Assembly (NCBI GenBank): GCA_965219995.1
Contig: CBDCOX010000002.1
Location: 3,456,001-3,520,000 of the forward strand
Source: Candidatus Latescibacterota bacterium
GTDB lineage: Bacteria; Latescibacterota; UBA2968; GCA-2709665
Direction: 5' to 3'
Length of the DNA: 64,000 bases
The position numbers were made by a program, and so were the translations under genes. The stretch's first letter is position 1; every line of letters begins with the position of its first letter. Positions 49,028 through 58,417 of the stretch are shown here, piece by piece. The notes beneath the pieces are model-generated. The model ran no database searches and was not told the DNA's origin. It saw only the letters and a program-made list of their open reading frames with translations.

Positions 49028-51678
49028 TGACGGGGACCAAACTATCGACACCCAGCCGAAATCCCCGGATACGTAAATTCAACCCAGGCACCCATCAATC
49101 CGACGGCGAGATAATCGAACAGTTCGTCGTCCGCGGGCGAGAACTTAATTCTGTACTTGAGGTCCTCCGTGGAAACGTAGATTCGCCGTCGTGTCAACAC
49201 GTCCTGGTGGTGGGCCCTAGAGGCCGCGGAAAAACCATGCTTCTGGTTCGCACCGCCGCGGAGCTGCGTACCGAAAAGAGACTCTCCGAGCGCCTACTTC
49301 CCGTTCGATTTATGGAAGAGAGCCAGGAGATCTTTAATCTGGCGGATTTCTGGTTGGAGACTCTTTATCATCTCAGTAATGAGATGTACGCACACAAGCC
49401 CGGCTTCGGAGAAAACTTGCGGAAGACATATGATGACCTATCAGAGAGTTGGCAAGATCGGTCGCTAGAGGCAAACGCTCGCGCCGCTGTACTGGAGGCG
49501 GCGGATATGTTGGACAAAAAGCTCGTGCTCATGGTTGAGAACCTGCAATTGCTGTGCGAGGATGTAGATAGGGATTTCGGCTGGAAACTCAGAGGGGCGT
49601 TGCAGTCGGAACCCCAGATTATGCTGCTTGCCACCGCAACTAGTCGGTTCCGGGCTCTGGACGACGTGCAGCAACCGTTTTTCGAACTGTTCCGAAACAT
49701 AAATCTGGAACCGCTGAATACCGACGAGTGTCGCCGCCTGTGGCAGGTCGCCAGCGGCGACACGGTGAGTTCACGCGAGATCAGGCCCCTACAGATCCTG
49801 ACAGGCGGCAACCCCCGCCTTCTGGTCATCGTCGCCGAATTCGCAAGGCACAGATCCCTGCGCAAACTGATGGAAGAACTGGTAACGCTGATCGACGAGC
49901 ACACCGAGTATTTCCGCGGACACTTGGAGGATTTCGCGAAGACCGAACGGCGTGTTTATATCTCGGTGATAGACCTCTGGCAGCCATCGAGCCCTGGGGA
50001 AATTGCGGCGCGTGCCCGCATGGGCGTCCGTACTGTATCGACAATGCTAGGGAGGTTGGTAGATCGCGGGGCAGTAATCGTAGAGGGTAGTGGCAGGAAG
50101 CGACAGTACGCTGCCGCCGAACGTCTATACAGCATCTATTACAAGCTGCGCCGTGAGCGGGACGAGGCGGCCATTGTGGAGAATCTGATCACATTTATGG
50201 TGGTTTTCTACAGCGGAAGCGAGCTTGTCGATATGTCGGAAGACTTAGTCATGGCGGCGGCGGAGTCCATTGTAATTCGCGCCGGTATTTTTCGCGCACT
50301 TAACGATCGATTACTCTTAGAAGACCCAATTCCCCCTGCGAAGTGGCGCATTTTGCAGCAGGTGTCGGAGAGAGCTGTCGCGAGGGCCCAATCCACTGCA
50401 GAAAATGAGTTCTTAGAGAAAATCAACGCCGCGCGTCACGCTAGGGAGTTCAGAAACGTAATAGAGATAGTCGACGGGATCATTGATTGCCGTAGAACAG
50501 ATCGGACAAGATTGTCGGATTCGTTCGTCGCCTACATTTTGCATTGCAAGGCTAATGCACAAGAACAACTAGGAGATTTCCAGTCGGTGGTCGCAACGTG
50601 CGAAGAGGTCCTGACGAGATTTGAGGGCAGCGCCGTGCCAGGTCTGCAGTGGCGAGTAGCCGAGGCATTGATGGACATCGGGAGAATGAGACAAGAACTA
50701 GGCGACTCGGACGCAGCCTTTGCCACGTGGCAGGAGGTCGTGGAAAGGTACGGAAACAGTGAGGTGTCAGAGCTCCAGTGGTGGGTTGCGGTGGCGTTGA
50801 TCTGGAAAGGCAAGACGAATCGAAAATTAGGTGACATAGATGGAGCAAACGTAGCGTGGGAAGAGGTAATTCAGCGATATGGAGACACGGATGTATCATC
50901 AATCCAGTCGTGGGTCGCGTTGGCGTTGACCGATAAGGGAAGAGCGAAAAAGGAACTTGGCGATACCGACGAAGCAAATGCAGCTTGGGACGAAGTAGTG
51001 TTGCGTTACGGCGACAGCGACGTATCAGCACTTCAACAACGGGTCTCGCTTGCATTGATCGAAAAAGGGAGAGCAAGGAAGGAGCTGGGTGATCTCGAGG
51101 GAGCCATTGCGGTCTGGGAGGAGGTCGTCGAGCGGTATGGTGAGCGGGACGTACCAGATGTTCAGCGCTGGGTCATCGTTGCGTTGGTAAATAAAGGGAT
51201 GAGGCAAGCGGAAATGAGTAGAGGGATCGAAGCTCTGCGCGTGTGCGACGAACTAGACAGAAGAATCAGAGCTTTACCCGAGAAAAGGGATACTCGGCCT
51301 GAATGGCAGTTGCAAAGTGTGCGGGCACTTGCTCAGATGGTTCAGCAGAAGAAACGAGCCGCTATGGAGGCATTTCACTCCGCATATGCCGCATTCACGC
51401 ACGACAACGAAATCTCAATACAAGAGATGCTGCAGGTAGTTTCCAACCTGGTCGCAGCGGGCGCTTCAGAAGTTGAGCTTGTCGCAATACTCTCGACCGA
51501 TCCCATAAAATCGGCCGCACTTACTCCACTCATCGTTGCCCTTCGCGAACGGCAGGGCGAGACGGTTCGCGCACCTGCGGAAGTACGCGAAGTGGCCGCC
51601 GACGTGAGAGAGCGAATCGAGGAACGCGTGAAAAGTTGGGCGGAAGCAACGTCGGTTTCAACTGAAGGTGGCCGATGA
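49027..51678 (+). CDS. P-loop ATPase + winged helix + TPR repeat protein
   Basis: Walker A GPRGRGKT, degenerate Walker B LMVEN, TGGNPR, wHTH (GEIAARAR...VSTMLGRL), about six 43-aa TPR-like repeats; TAATG stop/start overlap. Confidence 0.85.
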   Translation: MTGTKLSTPSRNPRIRKFNPGTHQSDGEIIEQFVVRGRELNSVLEVLRGNVDSPSCQHVLVVGPRGRGKTMLLVRTAAELRTEKRLSERLLPVRFMEESQEIFNLADFWLETLYHLSNEMYAHKPGFGENLRKTYDDLSESWQDRSLEANARAAVLEAADMLDKKLVLMVENLQLLCEDVDRDFGWKLRGALQSEPQIMLLATATSRFRALDDVQQPFFELFRNINLEPLNTDECRRLWQVASGDTVSSREIRPLQILTGGNPRLLVIVAEFARHRSLRKLMEELVTLIDEHTEYFRGHLEDFAKTERRVYISVIDLWQPSSPGEIAARARMGVRTVSTMLGRLVDRGAVIVEGSGRKRQYAAAERLYSIYYKLRRERDEAAIVENLITFMVVFYSGSELVDMSEDLVMAAAESIVIRAGIFRALNDRLLLEDPIPPAKWRILQQVSERAVARAQSTAENEFLEKINAARHAREFRNVIEIVDGIIDCRRTDRTRLSDSFVAYILHCKANAQEQLGDFQSVVATCEEVLTRFEGSAVPGLQWRVAEALMDIGRMRQELGDSDAAFATWQEVVERYGNSEVSELQWWVAVALIWKGKTNRKLGDIDGANVAWEEVIQRYGDTDVSSIQSWVALALTDKGRAKKELGDTDEANAAWDEVVLRYGDSDVSALQQRVSLALIEKGRARKELGDLEGAIAVWEEVVERYGERDVPDVQRWVIVALVNKGMRQAEMSRGIEALRVCDELDRRIRALPEKRDTRPEWQLQSVRALAQMVQQKKRAAMEAFHSAYAAFTHDNEISIQEMLQVVSNLVAAGASEVELVAILSTDPIKSAALTPLIVALRERQGETVRAPAEVREVAADVRERIEERVKSWAEATSVSTEGGR
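50527..51265 (+). repeat. Intragenic 129-bp-period TPR-like repeats
   Basis: VA.AL..KG....LGD...A...W.EV..RYG unit; starts at 50656 and 50785 are 129 bp apart. Confidence 0.85.
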
Positions 51679-51887
51679 GTCACGCAAGCGGAGGGACCAC
51701 TCGGAAACGATTGGGCGGAATCGCGAAGGGTGATTTCGCCCTATCGGTGCCCAATCGGGTTGACAGCAACCGATTTTGGATTAGATTTTTTCTGTGAGAA
51801 ACGCGCGGAGATGAAAGGGCCTTGCCGACGCCGTCCACGCGATTTGCTTCGATTACGGCGTATTTCAACCTGAAATCCGGGGAATTT

Positions 51888-53123
51888 ATGAGATCCATCG
51901 TATATATCGGCCTGTTGGTGTGTTTACCGGGCATCGTCTATATCCTTGCCGACGCGGGTCCCGCCAATGCGCAGGAAACGGCGGTAACGGCCGGCGACGT
52001 TGACATCGACGAGCCTGCTACCTTGAGGGCATTCGTGGAATACGCGAAATCGCAACTGGATGATATCGCTGACGCCGCCGAACTGGCCGTCGTATGGAGC
52101 AGTATGCGTCTCGAGGGGGACTGGAAGTCAGGCAATACATACTTAATCGTCCTCAACAGCCGGGGCTCCGTGCTGTTCCACGCCGATCAGCCCGATGCCG
52201 AGGGAAAAACCCTCAGGCGCATTGTCGATGCCCGGCGAGACAGCATTGGAAAGAATCTTCTCATGGAGGCGGCTGCCGGCGGAGGTTTTGTCGGTTACTA
52301 TTGGGACGATCCCGACGTTGAGGGAGACGATAGCGGTCACCCCAAGGTCGCCTACGCCACGCAGTTTTTCTCGGAGGCAACCGACGAAAACCATATTCTG
52401 GTCGGCGGTTTTTACCAGGACCTATCGGATCTGCCCACCGGCGATCCCGTTTCCGTACCCCGCCCGGACATCACTGCCGGCGAGGTGGTGGACCGCGAGA
52501 CCCTGAAGGCCTTTGTCGAGAGCGCTCTGAAGGCTTTTTCTGCCGCGCTTGAGCGGATCGGTCTGGAAAAAGTGGGTCAGATCAGGGACATTTTCCGCGA
52601 TGAGGGAGGGTACTGGAAGCACGGTTCAATATACGCCTTTGTCGTTACAACCGCCGGATACGTGGTGTTTCACGGGGCGGACCCCGAACGCGAGAATCGA
52701 TTTGCAGATGTGGATATTGAAGACGCCAATGGCGTGAAGTTCGTCCACGAACTCTTCAGAGCGGCGCGGGAGGGTGGCGGCTACGTGGAGTATACTTGGG
52801 ATGATCCAACCGTGGACGAGGACGGCGACGGCGAGTTGTTGGGCGACACGACCGGCTCGTTCAAGGTGAGTTACGCGCTGCTCCATACCCATCTCGGGGA
52901 AGAGTACGTCATCGCCGCCGGCATCTATCGGCGGGGGCCCGATTTCGACGAGGACGGGGCCGTCGGCTTCAGCGACTTCATTCTGTTCGCGAGGCATTTC
53001 GGGTTGAAAAAGAATGACGCAGGTTTCGACGGTCTTTACGATCTGAACAGCGATGGCGAGATCGCGTTTGCTGATTTCGTACTCTTTTCCATGGACTTCG
53101 GCAAACGCGTGCGTTCGAATTGA
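51888..53123 (+). CDS. Secreted tandem Cache-domain protein with C-terminal dockerin-like double EF-hand
   Basis: Signal peptide; two TA.[DE]V...TL.AFV...W..G..Y...GG.V.Y.WDDP units; DFDEDGAVGFSDF...DLNSDGEIAFADF. Confidence 0.8.
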   Translation: MRSIVYIGLLVCLPGIVYILADAGPANAQETAVTAGDVDIDEPATLRAFVEYAKSQLDDIADAAELAVVWSSMRLEGDWKSGNTYLIVLNSRGSVLFHADQPDAEGKTLRRIVDARRDSIGKNLLMEAAAGGGFVGYYWDDPDVEGDDSGHPKVAYATQFFSEATDENHILVGGFYQDLSDLPTGDPVSVPRPDITAGEVVDRETLKAFVESALKAFSAALERIGLEKVGQIRDIFRDEGGYWKHGSIYAFVVTTAGYVVFHGADPERENRFADVDIEDANGVKFVHELFRAAREGGGYVEYTWDDPTVDEDGDGELLGDTTGSFKVSYALLHTHLGEEYVIAAGIYRRGPDFDEDGAVGFSDFILFARHFGLKKNDAGFDGLYDLNSDGEIAFADFVLFSMDFGKRVRSN

Positions 53124-53301
53124 CAGCATCCGGCAGACGGGTTGCTGTTAGAGTTTGGAGGGGGTCGAACGGGAGGCGGCAAGGGGTGAAATAATGGGAG
53201 GATTTTAGCGATTTGAGATGAGGCAACGGGCGAGTCGTCCGACCTTTCTCTGTCGCAGCTATGCGAAAAGACAATGCGGCGCGGGAGGAACCCGCCCACC
53301 C

Positions 53302-53334
53302 AAAGAGGGCCGTGTGTATCACACGGCCCTCTTT
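53302..53334. terminator. Bidirectional terminator
   Basis: Perfect 15-bp stem AAAGAGGGCCGTGTG/CACACGGCCCTCTTT between convergent genes. Confidence 0.8.
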
Positions 53335-53378
53335 GCGTATGGAGAAAGGATTTCGGTTATTCGCTAAAGACGTCGTTC

Positions 53379-55736
53379 TCAGTTGACGATGAACGTGTTC
53401 TCGCTGGCATATCTTCCGCGCTTTCCGTCGATCGTGATCTCCGCGACCATCCGGTATTCCCCGGCGCTCGTGGTGGAGTAGGGACACAAGCCCACGCGCT
53501 GTGTGGCCGGAATATCAGCCCAGGACTCACCGTCCTTTCGCTGCCACTTTGACGAGTGGGTCGTGTAGGTCGCCCCGCCGATGGAGATGCCAATGAGTGT
53601 GATACACTGTTCAGTTGACGACAGCGCCAGGAATTCAACCCCGCCGTTCGACACGCGAAGCCCGGCCAGCGGCCTTGTTTCCACCGGCGTGGTCGTCGTT
53701 TCCTCGCAATTCTCGCCGGTGGTCCGGTCGATTCCCTCCAGCCATGACTGAAAGGCCTCGTCGAGCGGCGCGCACAGCCCGGTGCCGTGGAACTGGAAAT
53801 CCTCCATGTCGCTCAAGTTGGTCAGGCTGAAGGGAAGCGCGCCCTTCAGGTCTGCATTGTCGTTGACCCACAGCTGAGAAATGCTGGACAGGTTGCCCAT
53901 GGCTTCGGGAAATTCGCCGGTCAACGAATTGTCCGAAAGGTCGAGCCACACAAGGGCGGGCGAGCTCCCAAATTGGGGGAGGATCGGACCCGTCAGCTTG
54001 TTCTCGGAAATCCACAGCACCTCGAGCGAGGCCATCCCGGTCAGCTCGACCGGTATCTCTCCAGACAGTTCATTCTTGTCGAGTTCCAGCCATCGCAGTT
54101 CCGGAAGGGCGCCAAGTTCCCGGGGAATCTCGCCGTCCAGCTTGTTTTCGTTAAACCTCAGCACTTCGAGGGCGGTCGCCCCAGCCAGCGCAGGGGGTAT
54201 GGCTCCGGACAGTTCATTCTCATTCAGGAAGAGCCTCTGCAGGTTGGTCAGATTGCCCAGGGTACCGGGAATCTCACCGGAAAGTTTATTGGAGCTGAGC
54301 CATATCAAATTTCCGTCGGTCATATCGCCCAGTTCGGCGGGTATGGCGCCGCTCAGCTCGTTTTCCGAGAAGTCCATCCAAAGCAGGTCGGTCAGGCCGC
54401 CCAATTCGGGTGGTATCTGTCCGGATAATGCGTTGTTCCAGATCCACAGGATCTTCAGGTTCGAAAGGTCACCCAATTCGGCGGGTATCTCACCACTCAG
54501 CTCGTTTTCGTCGAAATTCAGCCACCTCAATTCGGTCAGATCGCCAAGTTCGGCGGGTATGGCTCCGCTCAACTGGTTGGCATTGAGTCCCAGCCATCGG
54601 AGTTTGGACAGAGCCCCCAGTTCGGCGGGTATCTCACCGCTCAACGCGTTCCGGTGCAGAAAAAGCGCTTCATTGTGGGTGGAGTTGGCTAACTCTACAG
54701 GAATCGGACCACTGAGGCCGTTTCGTTGAAGGTGGAGCCGTCTGAGATGAGACAGGTTGCCCAATTCGACCGGGATTTCGCCCGTCAGGTTGTTTTCGCT
54801 CAGGCTTACGACGGAAACGCGCCCGTCGAATGCGATGACGCCGTGCCACGTGGAAACGTGTTTGTCGGTAAGCCAATTTGTCCTTTCCGTCCAGTTGTCT
54901 CCGCCCGTCGACCTGTAAAGCGCCACAAGGGCGTCGCGCTCGGCGGGATCCAGAAGCGGGGCGGGCGGCGGCAGTTCCTTTCCGAACTGGGCGGCGAATT
55001 GCAGAAAATCTCCCATTCCGATGGTCTCGTCTCCATCCAGATCAAATCGGGCGTCGAATGAATCGTCGTCTCGTTCCACGCCGAAGTGGCTCGCGAATTC
55101 CAGAAAGTCGGCCAGCGCAACCGTACCGTCTCCGTCGAAGTCGGCGCGATGGATCTCAAGTCCGGGAGACGGAGCCGCCGTACTGTCCTGCAGGGAAATG
55201 TCGATGTCCAGCGACGCGGTTTCCTTACGGTATCGGCCGAGGGAGATTTCCCCTTCAGCCAGCCGGATCGTTGTGCTCGAAAAAGATGTCGACGTGCGAA
55301 ATCGTGCGGTTCCCAAAAGGCCGGTTCTGGGCGTGGTGCGGCTCGCGAACGGCCAGATGTTGATCTCCACGGACGTTGGGTGCGTCTCTTCCACCGGTGC
55401 CGCCACGGCATTGGTCATGATCCCGCCGACGTCGAACCCCTCGAAGAGGACCTGGCGCGCGTCGTATTGGAAGAGCATTTTTACCGCGGTTGCCCCCTGG
55501 ATGTCATCGCCGAAAATCTGTATCGAAACGACGTCCTCGGCGGAGACTTCAAGAGACGTCGTGGCCTGATCGCCCTCCGCCGCATCCAGGTCTGGAGATA
55601 ACGAAAACGGACTCTGGGAAGAAATCGGCTGCGGACCAATCCACAGAATCAGGACGATGATTGTAACGAACAACACGACCGCCACACCGAAATACCGGGC
55701 GGGCCAGCGAGAGGGATAAATTCTCAATTCGGACAT
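53379..55736 (-). CDS. Secreted cohesin-like + dockerin-like + plant-type LRR protein
   Basis: TM/signal, beta-sandwich (LFQYD), DFDGDGTV..ADF pair, LRRNT-like cap, about 15 24-aa LxxLxxLxLxxNxLSGxIPxELG repeats, unknown C-terminal domain. Confidence 0.85.
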   Translation of the reverse strand: MSELRIYPSRWPARYFGVAVVLFVTIIVLILWIGPQPISSQSPFSLSPDLDAAEGDQATTSLEVSAEDVVSIQIFGDDIQGATAVKMLFQYDARQVLFEGFDVGGIMTNAVAAPVEETHPTSVEINIWPFASRTTPRTGLLGTARFRTSTSFSSTTIRLAEGEISLGRYRKETASLDIDISLQDSTAAPSPGLEIHRADFDGDGTVALADFLEFASHFGVERDDDSFDARFDLDGDETIGMGDFLQFAAQFGKELPPPAPLLDPAERDALVALYRSTGGDNWTERTNWLTDKHVSTWHGVIAFDGRVSVVSLSENNLTGEIPVELGNLSHLRRLHLQRNGLSGPIPVELANSTHNEALFLHRNALSGEIPAELGALSKLRWLGLNANQLSGAIPAELGDLTELRWLNFDENELSGEIPAELGDLSNLKILWIWNNALSGQIPPELGGLTDLLWMDFSENELSGAIPAELGDMTDGNLIWLSSNKLSGEIPGTLGNLTNLQRLFLNENELSGAIPPALAGATALEVLRFNENKLDGEIPRELGALPELRWLELDKNELSGEIPVELTGMASLEVLWISENKLTGPILPQFGSSPALVWLDLSDNSLTGEFPEAMGNLSSISQLWVNDNADLKGALPFSLTNLSDMEDFQFHGTGLCAPLDEAFQSWLEGIDRTTGENCEETTTTPVETRPLAGLRVSNGGVEFLALSSTEQCITLIGISIGGATYTTHSSKWQRKDGESWADIPATQRVGLCPYSTTSAGEYRMVAEITIDGKRGRYASENTFIVN
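53773..54821 (-). repeat. Intragenic 72-bp-period LRR repeats
   Basis: Recurring AGTTCGGCGGGTAT motif; about 15 units in translation. Confidence 0.9.
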
Positions 55737-56146
55737 GGTTTCCATTCTCCGGATGCAATGCTGTCGTTCCATTTTCTCACATTTTAACATAAGGGATTCC
55801 CCCGATTTCATCAAGGGCATACCAGGTTGAATATTCCTCGCCGATTACGTGGACGTTCCTGGCTCTCCTAACCCCGAATCGGTCAATCGAACAAACGGCC
55901 GTGAGACTCGAGCCCCTTTACACTACAAAGCGGCGAAATCCGCACGTATCGACGATCCATTGCAATCGCTTTCTAAATTTATGCAACAGAATTGTTGTAT
56001 TCAGATTGCCTCGCTCCATATCCAACTCCCGGGACGGGGCTGTCGTAATTATTCGGCAATCAGCATCCGGACGATCTCACGAGAGAAATCAAGCCGACTG
56101 CGGCCTTTCGCACCTGTCCGCGGCGTCTGAGCGTCGTCCAATGGGG

Positions 56147-56175
56147 TTGACACCGGCGGATTTGTGCGATAGATT
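56147..56175 (+). promoter_or_regulatory. Putative sigma70 promoter
   Basis: TTGACA-N17-TAGATT. Confidence 0.55.
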
Positions 56176-56311
56176 TAGTATTAATTGACGCGCGACATAC
56201 GAGAGTTTCACGCGGATTTGGGTTACGTGCCTTAGACGGGGTATATATATATAGGCCAATCGGATGGCCGGCCTTAACATAGCGGCGAACGTCCGCTGAA
56301 GGAGTGCAGGT

Positions 56312-57394
56312 GTGCAGCGATTAATGCTTTTCGCCTTTTGTATGGCGCTGGTTTCTTTCGGACCGGTCATTGCCGATGAACTTACCACGGACGACGGGAA
56401 GCGCGCCAATGTAAATCCGAAGGCGCGGCTGTTAAGCGTCCTGAATGAGGGCATGAGTTCTCTGCCGAAGCCCGTTCCTTCGACGGAAGAAGGGACATTA
56501 AAGGGATACGGGCTTTCGCTGGAACACGTTCCCTCGAAGTACGAGATGGTAAATGGACGTACGTTGCGCGGGGACCCTCTGGACGCCGAGGACACGGAAC
56601 GGTTGCTGTCATCGAAGACAACGAATTTCGGGGAAGGGAAATCCAGCGGAAAACTGACGCGGGGTTTGAACATAACCGGAGGCCGGAACGCGTTTGCCAC
56701 GCTTATGCTGGAAAAGGTTGAGGACTCGAGCGCAGACAAAGACCTCCTGAAACTGCACGTTTCACTGGCGCGCACGAAGGACCTGAAGGGGTACGGGTTC
56801 TCGCTGCTTTACGACCCTGCGAAGTACGATTTCGTGGAAGCCAGAGAACTGGAAGAAGATCTGCTCAAATCCGGCGCGGGTCGGCAGACACTGTTCGTAT
56901 CCGCGAACCACGCGCCGGGCAGGCTGGATCTCGGCGCGGTTAAAGTTGATGGACATGGCGTCAGTGGCGACGGAAAGCTCGTCGAGCTTATCTTCAAGAC
57001 AAACGGCGCGGCCTTGTCAGGCGACTTCAGGGTTTCGGAGGGGGTGCTCATAGGACTCGACGGCGCTATCGACCGGTTGACGTACGTCGATTTCGAACGT
57101 CTGTCGTCACTGCCCGGCGAATACAAACTGGACCAGAATGTACCGAACCCGTTCAACCCTTCTACCGTTATCGGATACCGGATTCCAGAGGCGGGCCCGG
57201 TCCGGCTGGCCATCTATAACCTTCTGGGCCAGGAGGTGCGCGTTTTGGTGGACCTTTATATGGAGGCAGGTTCCTTCGCGGCGACCTGGGACGGGAAGGA
57301 TGAAATGGGTCGGCAGGTGTCCAGCGGCATCTATCTCTACCGGATTCAGGCAGGCGATTTCCTCGCGTCCAGACGAATGATGTTCCTGAAATAA
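56312..57394 (+). CDS. Secreted cohesin-like protein with FlgD/T9SS type A sorting domain
   Basis: Signal peptide; LKGYGFSLLYDP...GDGKLVELIF; C-terminal QN.PNPFNPST...YNLLGQ...WDGKD..G..VSSGIY. Confidence 0.85.
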   Translation: MQRLMLFAFCMALVSFGPVIADELTTDDGKRANVNPKARLLSVLNEGMSSLPKPVPSTEEGTLKGYGLSLEHVPSKYEMVNGRTLRGDPLDAEDTERLLSSKTTNFGEGKSSGKLTRGLNITGGRNAFATLMLEKVEDSSADKDLLKLHVSLARTKDLKGYGFSLLYDPAKYDFVEARELEEDLLKSGAGRQTLFVSANHAPGRLDLGAVKVDGHGVSGDGKLVELIFKTNGAALSGDFRVSEGVLIGLDGAIDRLTYVDFERLSSLPGEYKLDQNVPNPFNPSTVIGYRIPEAGPVRLAIYNLLGQEVRVLVDLYMEAGSFAATWDGKDEMGRQVSSGIYLYRIQAGDFLASRRMMFLK

Positions 57395-57423
57395 ACCAGA
57401 CTTGACGTTGCAACGGGATAGAC

Positions 57424-57452
57424 GGGCCGCCCCGAATGTGAGGCGGCCCTTT
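57424..57452 (+). terminator. Putative terminator
   Basis: GGGCCGCC/GGCGGCCC stem followed by TTT. Confidence 0.5.
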
Positions 57453-57488
57453 CCATTCCGATCGATCATCCAATGGAAGGAAGGGAAC

Positions 57489-58394
57489 ATGCCCGGATTA
57501 CTTGCAATCGCCCTGGCGGTCCTGTGCACGCTCGGATTCGTCCCGCCGGTTGCCGCGGAGACCCCGGACTTCTATGCGCACTGGGGAGACGGCAAGGCGG
57601 AGATTTCCAGCTATCGCGTGGTGCAGCCTCGTTACGGAGAGTCACGCGAGGGCTATGGCGTGCTCATCTTCGTCACGGAAGACCTGAACCGGAATACCTA
57701 CGTCAAGGTCGAGTCGCCCACGCCGCAGGCAGACCGGGTCTACGTTCTCAAACTGAACAACATTCTCAAGTTTACCACCGGCATCTACGACTATTCGGTG
57801 ATGACTTCCGTTTTCAGCGCCGTCGAGGGGGTCGCGGGTTCGAATCCGTTCGAGTTGATGAAAGTGAACCTGAGTTCTCAGGAATGGTGCGGGCATATCT
57901 TCGACGAGATACGAGTGGTTGACGGCGAGGTACGCGGCGCCCTGAACAGTTACTTCGAACGCGAAGGGTTGCGTACATATAGCCTGGTCATGCCCGAAGG
58001 GTTTCAGAGCGAGGACCATCTGCTCATTCAGATCAGGGAACTCAAGGGTCCGATGATGCAGGCGGGCGAATCGCGGCCGATCCGGCTTCTTCGGAGTCTA
58101 TGGTCGTTCCGTACGCGGCACCGACCCCATGCGTTGGTGGACGCGAGGTTGAGCAAGGGTATGCCGGAGGCGGTCACTGTCTCGGGAAAAAGCCGCCATG
58201 CGACCCCGTGGCGGCTGGCGGCTGGAGACTGGAGCAAGACAATCTGGGTGGAAACGTCCTATCCGCACCGCATCCTGAAATGGGAGGACGCGTCGGATGG
58301 TTCGTGGGAACTGATGGTGACCGTCCGCGAACCCTACTGGCGTCAAAAAGCGCTGACGGACGAAGTCTACCGGGAGCGACTGGGGATCCCATGA
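57489..58394 (+). CDS. Conserved secreted hypothetical protein
   Basis: Signal peptide; W.DGKAE..Y, RYG, IFVTED, VLKLN...F.TGIY.YS and QEWCG motifs. Confidence 0.75.
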   Translation: MPGLLAIALAVLCTLGFVPPVAAETPDFYAHWGDGKAEISSYRVVQPRYGESREGYGVLIFVTEDLNRNTYVKVESPTPQADRVYVLKLNNILKFTTGIYDYSVMTSVFSAVEGVAGSNPFELMKVNLSSQEWCGHIFDEIRVVDGEVRGALNSYFEREGLRTYSLVMPEGFQSEDHLLIQIRELKGPMMQAGESRPIRLLRSLWSFRTRHRPHALVDARLSKGMPEAVTVSGKSRHATPWRLAAGDWSKTIWVETSYPHRILKWEDASDGSWELMVTVREPYWRQKALTDEVYRERLGIP

Positions 58395-58417
58395 ACCACG
58401 ATTTTGGAGGGAAGCGA

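Noticed and set aside
51708-51756. Nested hairpin after the ATPase-TPR gene
   Set aside because: Single occurrence with no U-tract; no function can be assigned.
53773-54821. Regularly spaced DNA repeats suggesting CRISPR or a DGR
   Set aside because: The 72-bp period is explained by coding LRRs; no reverse transcriptase or adenine-specific template/variable pair was seen.
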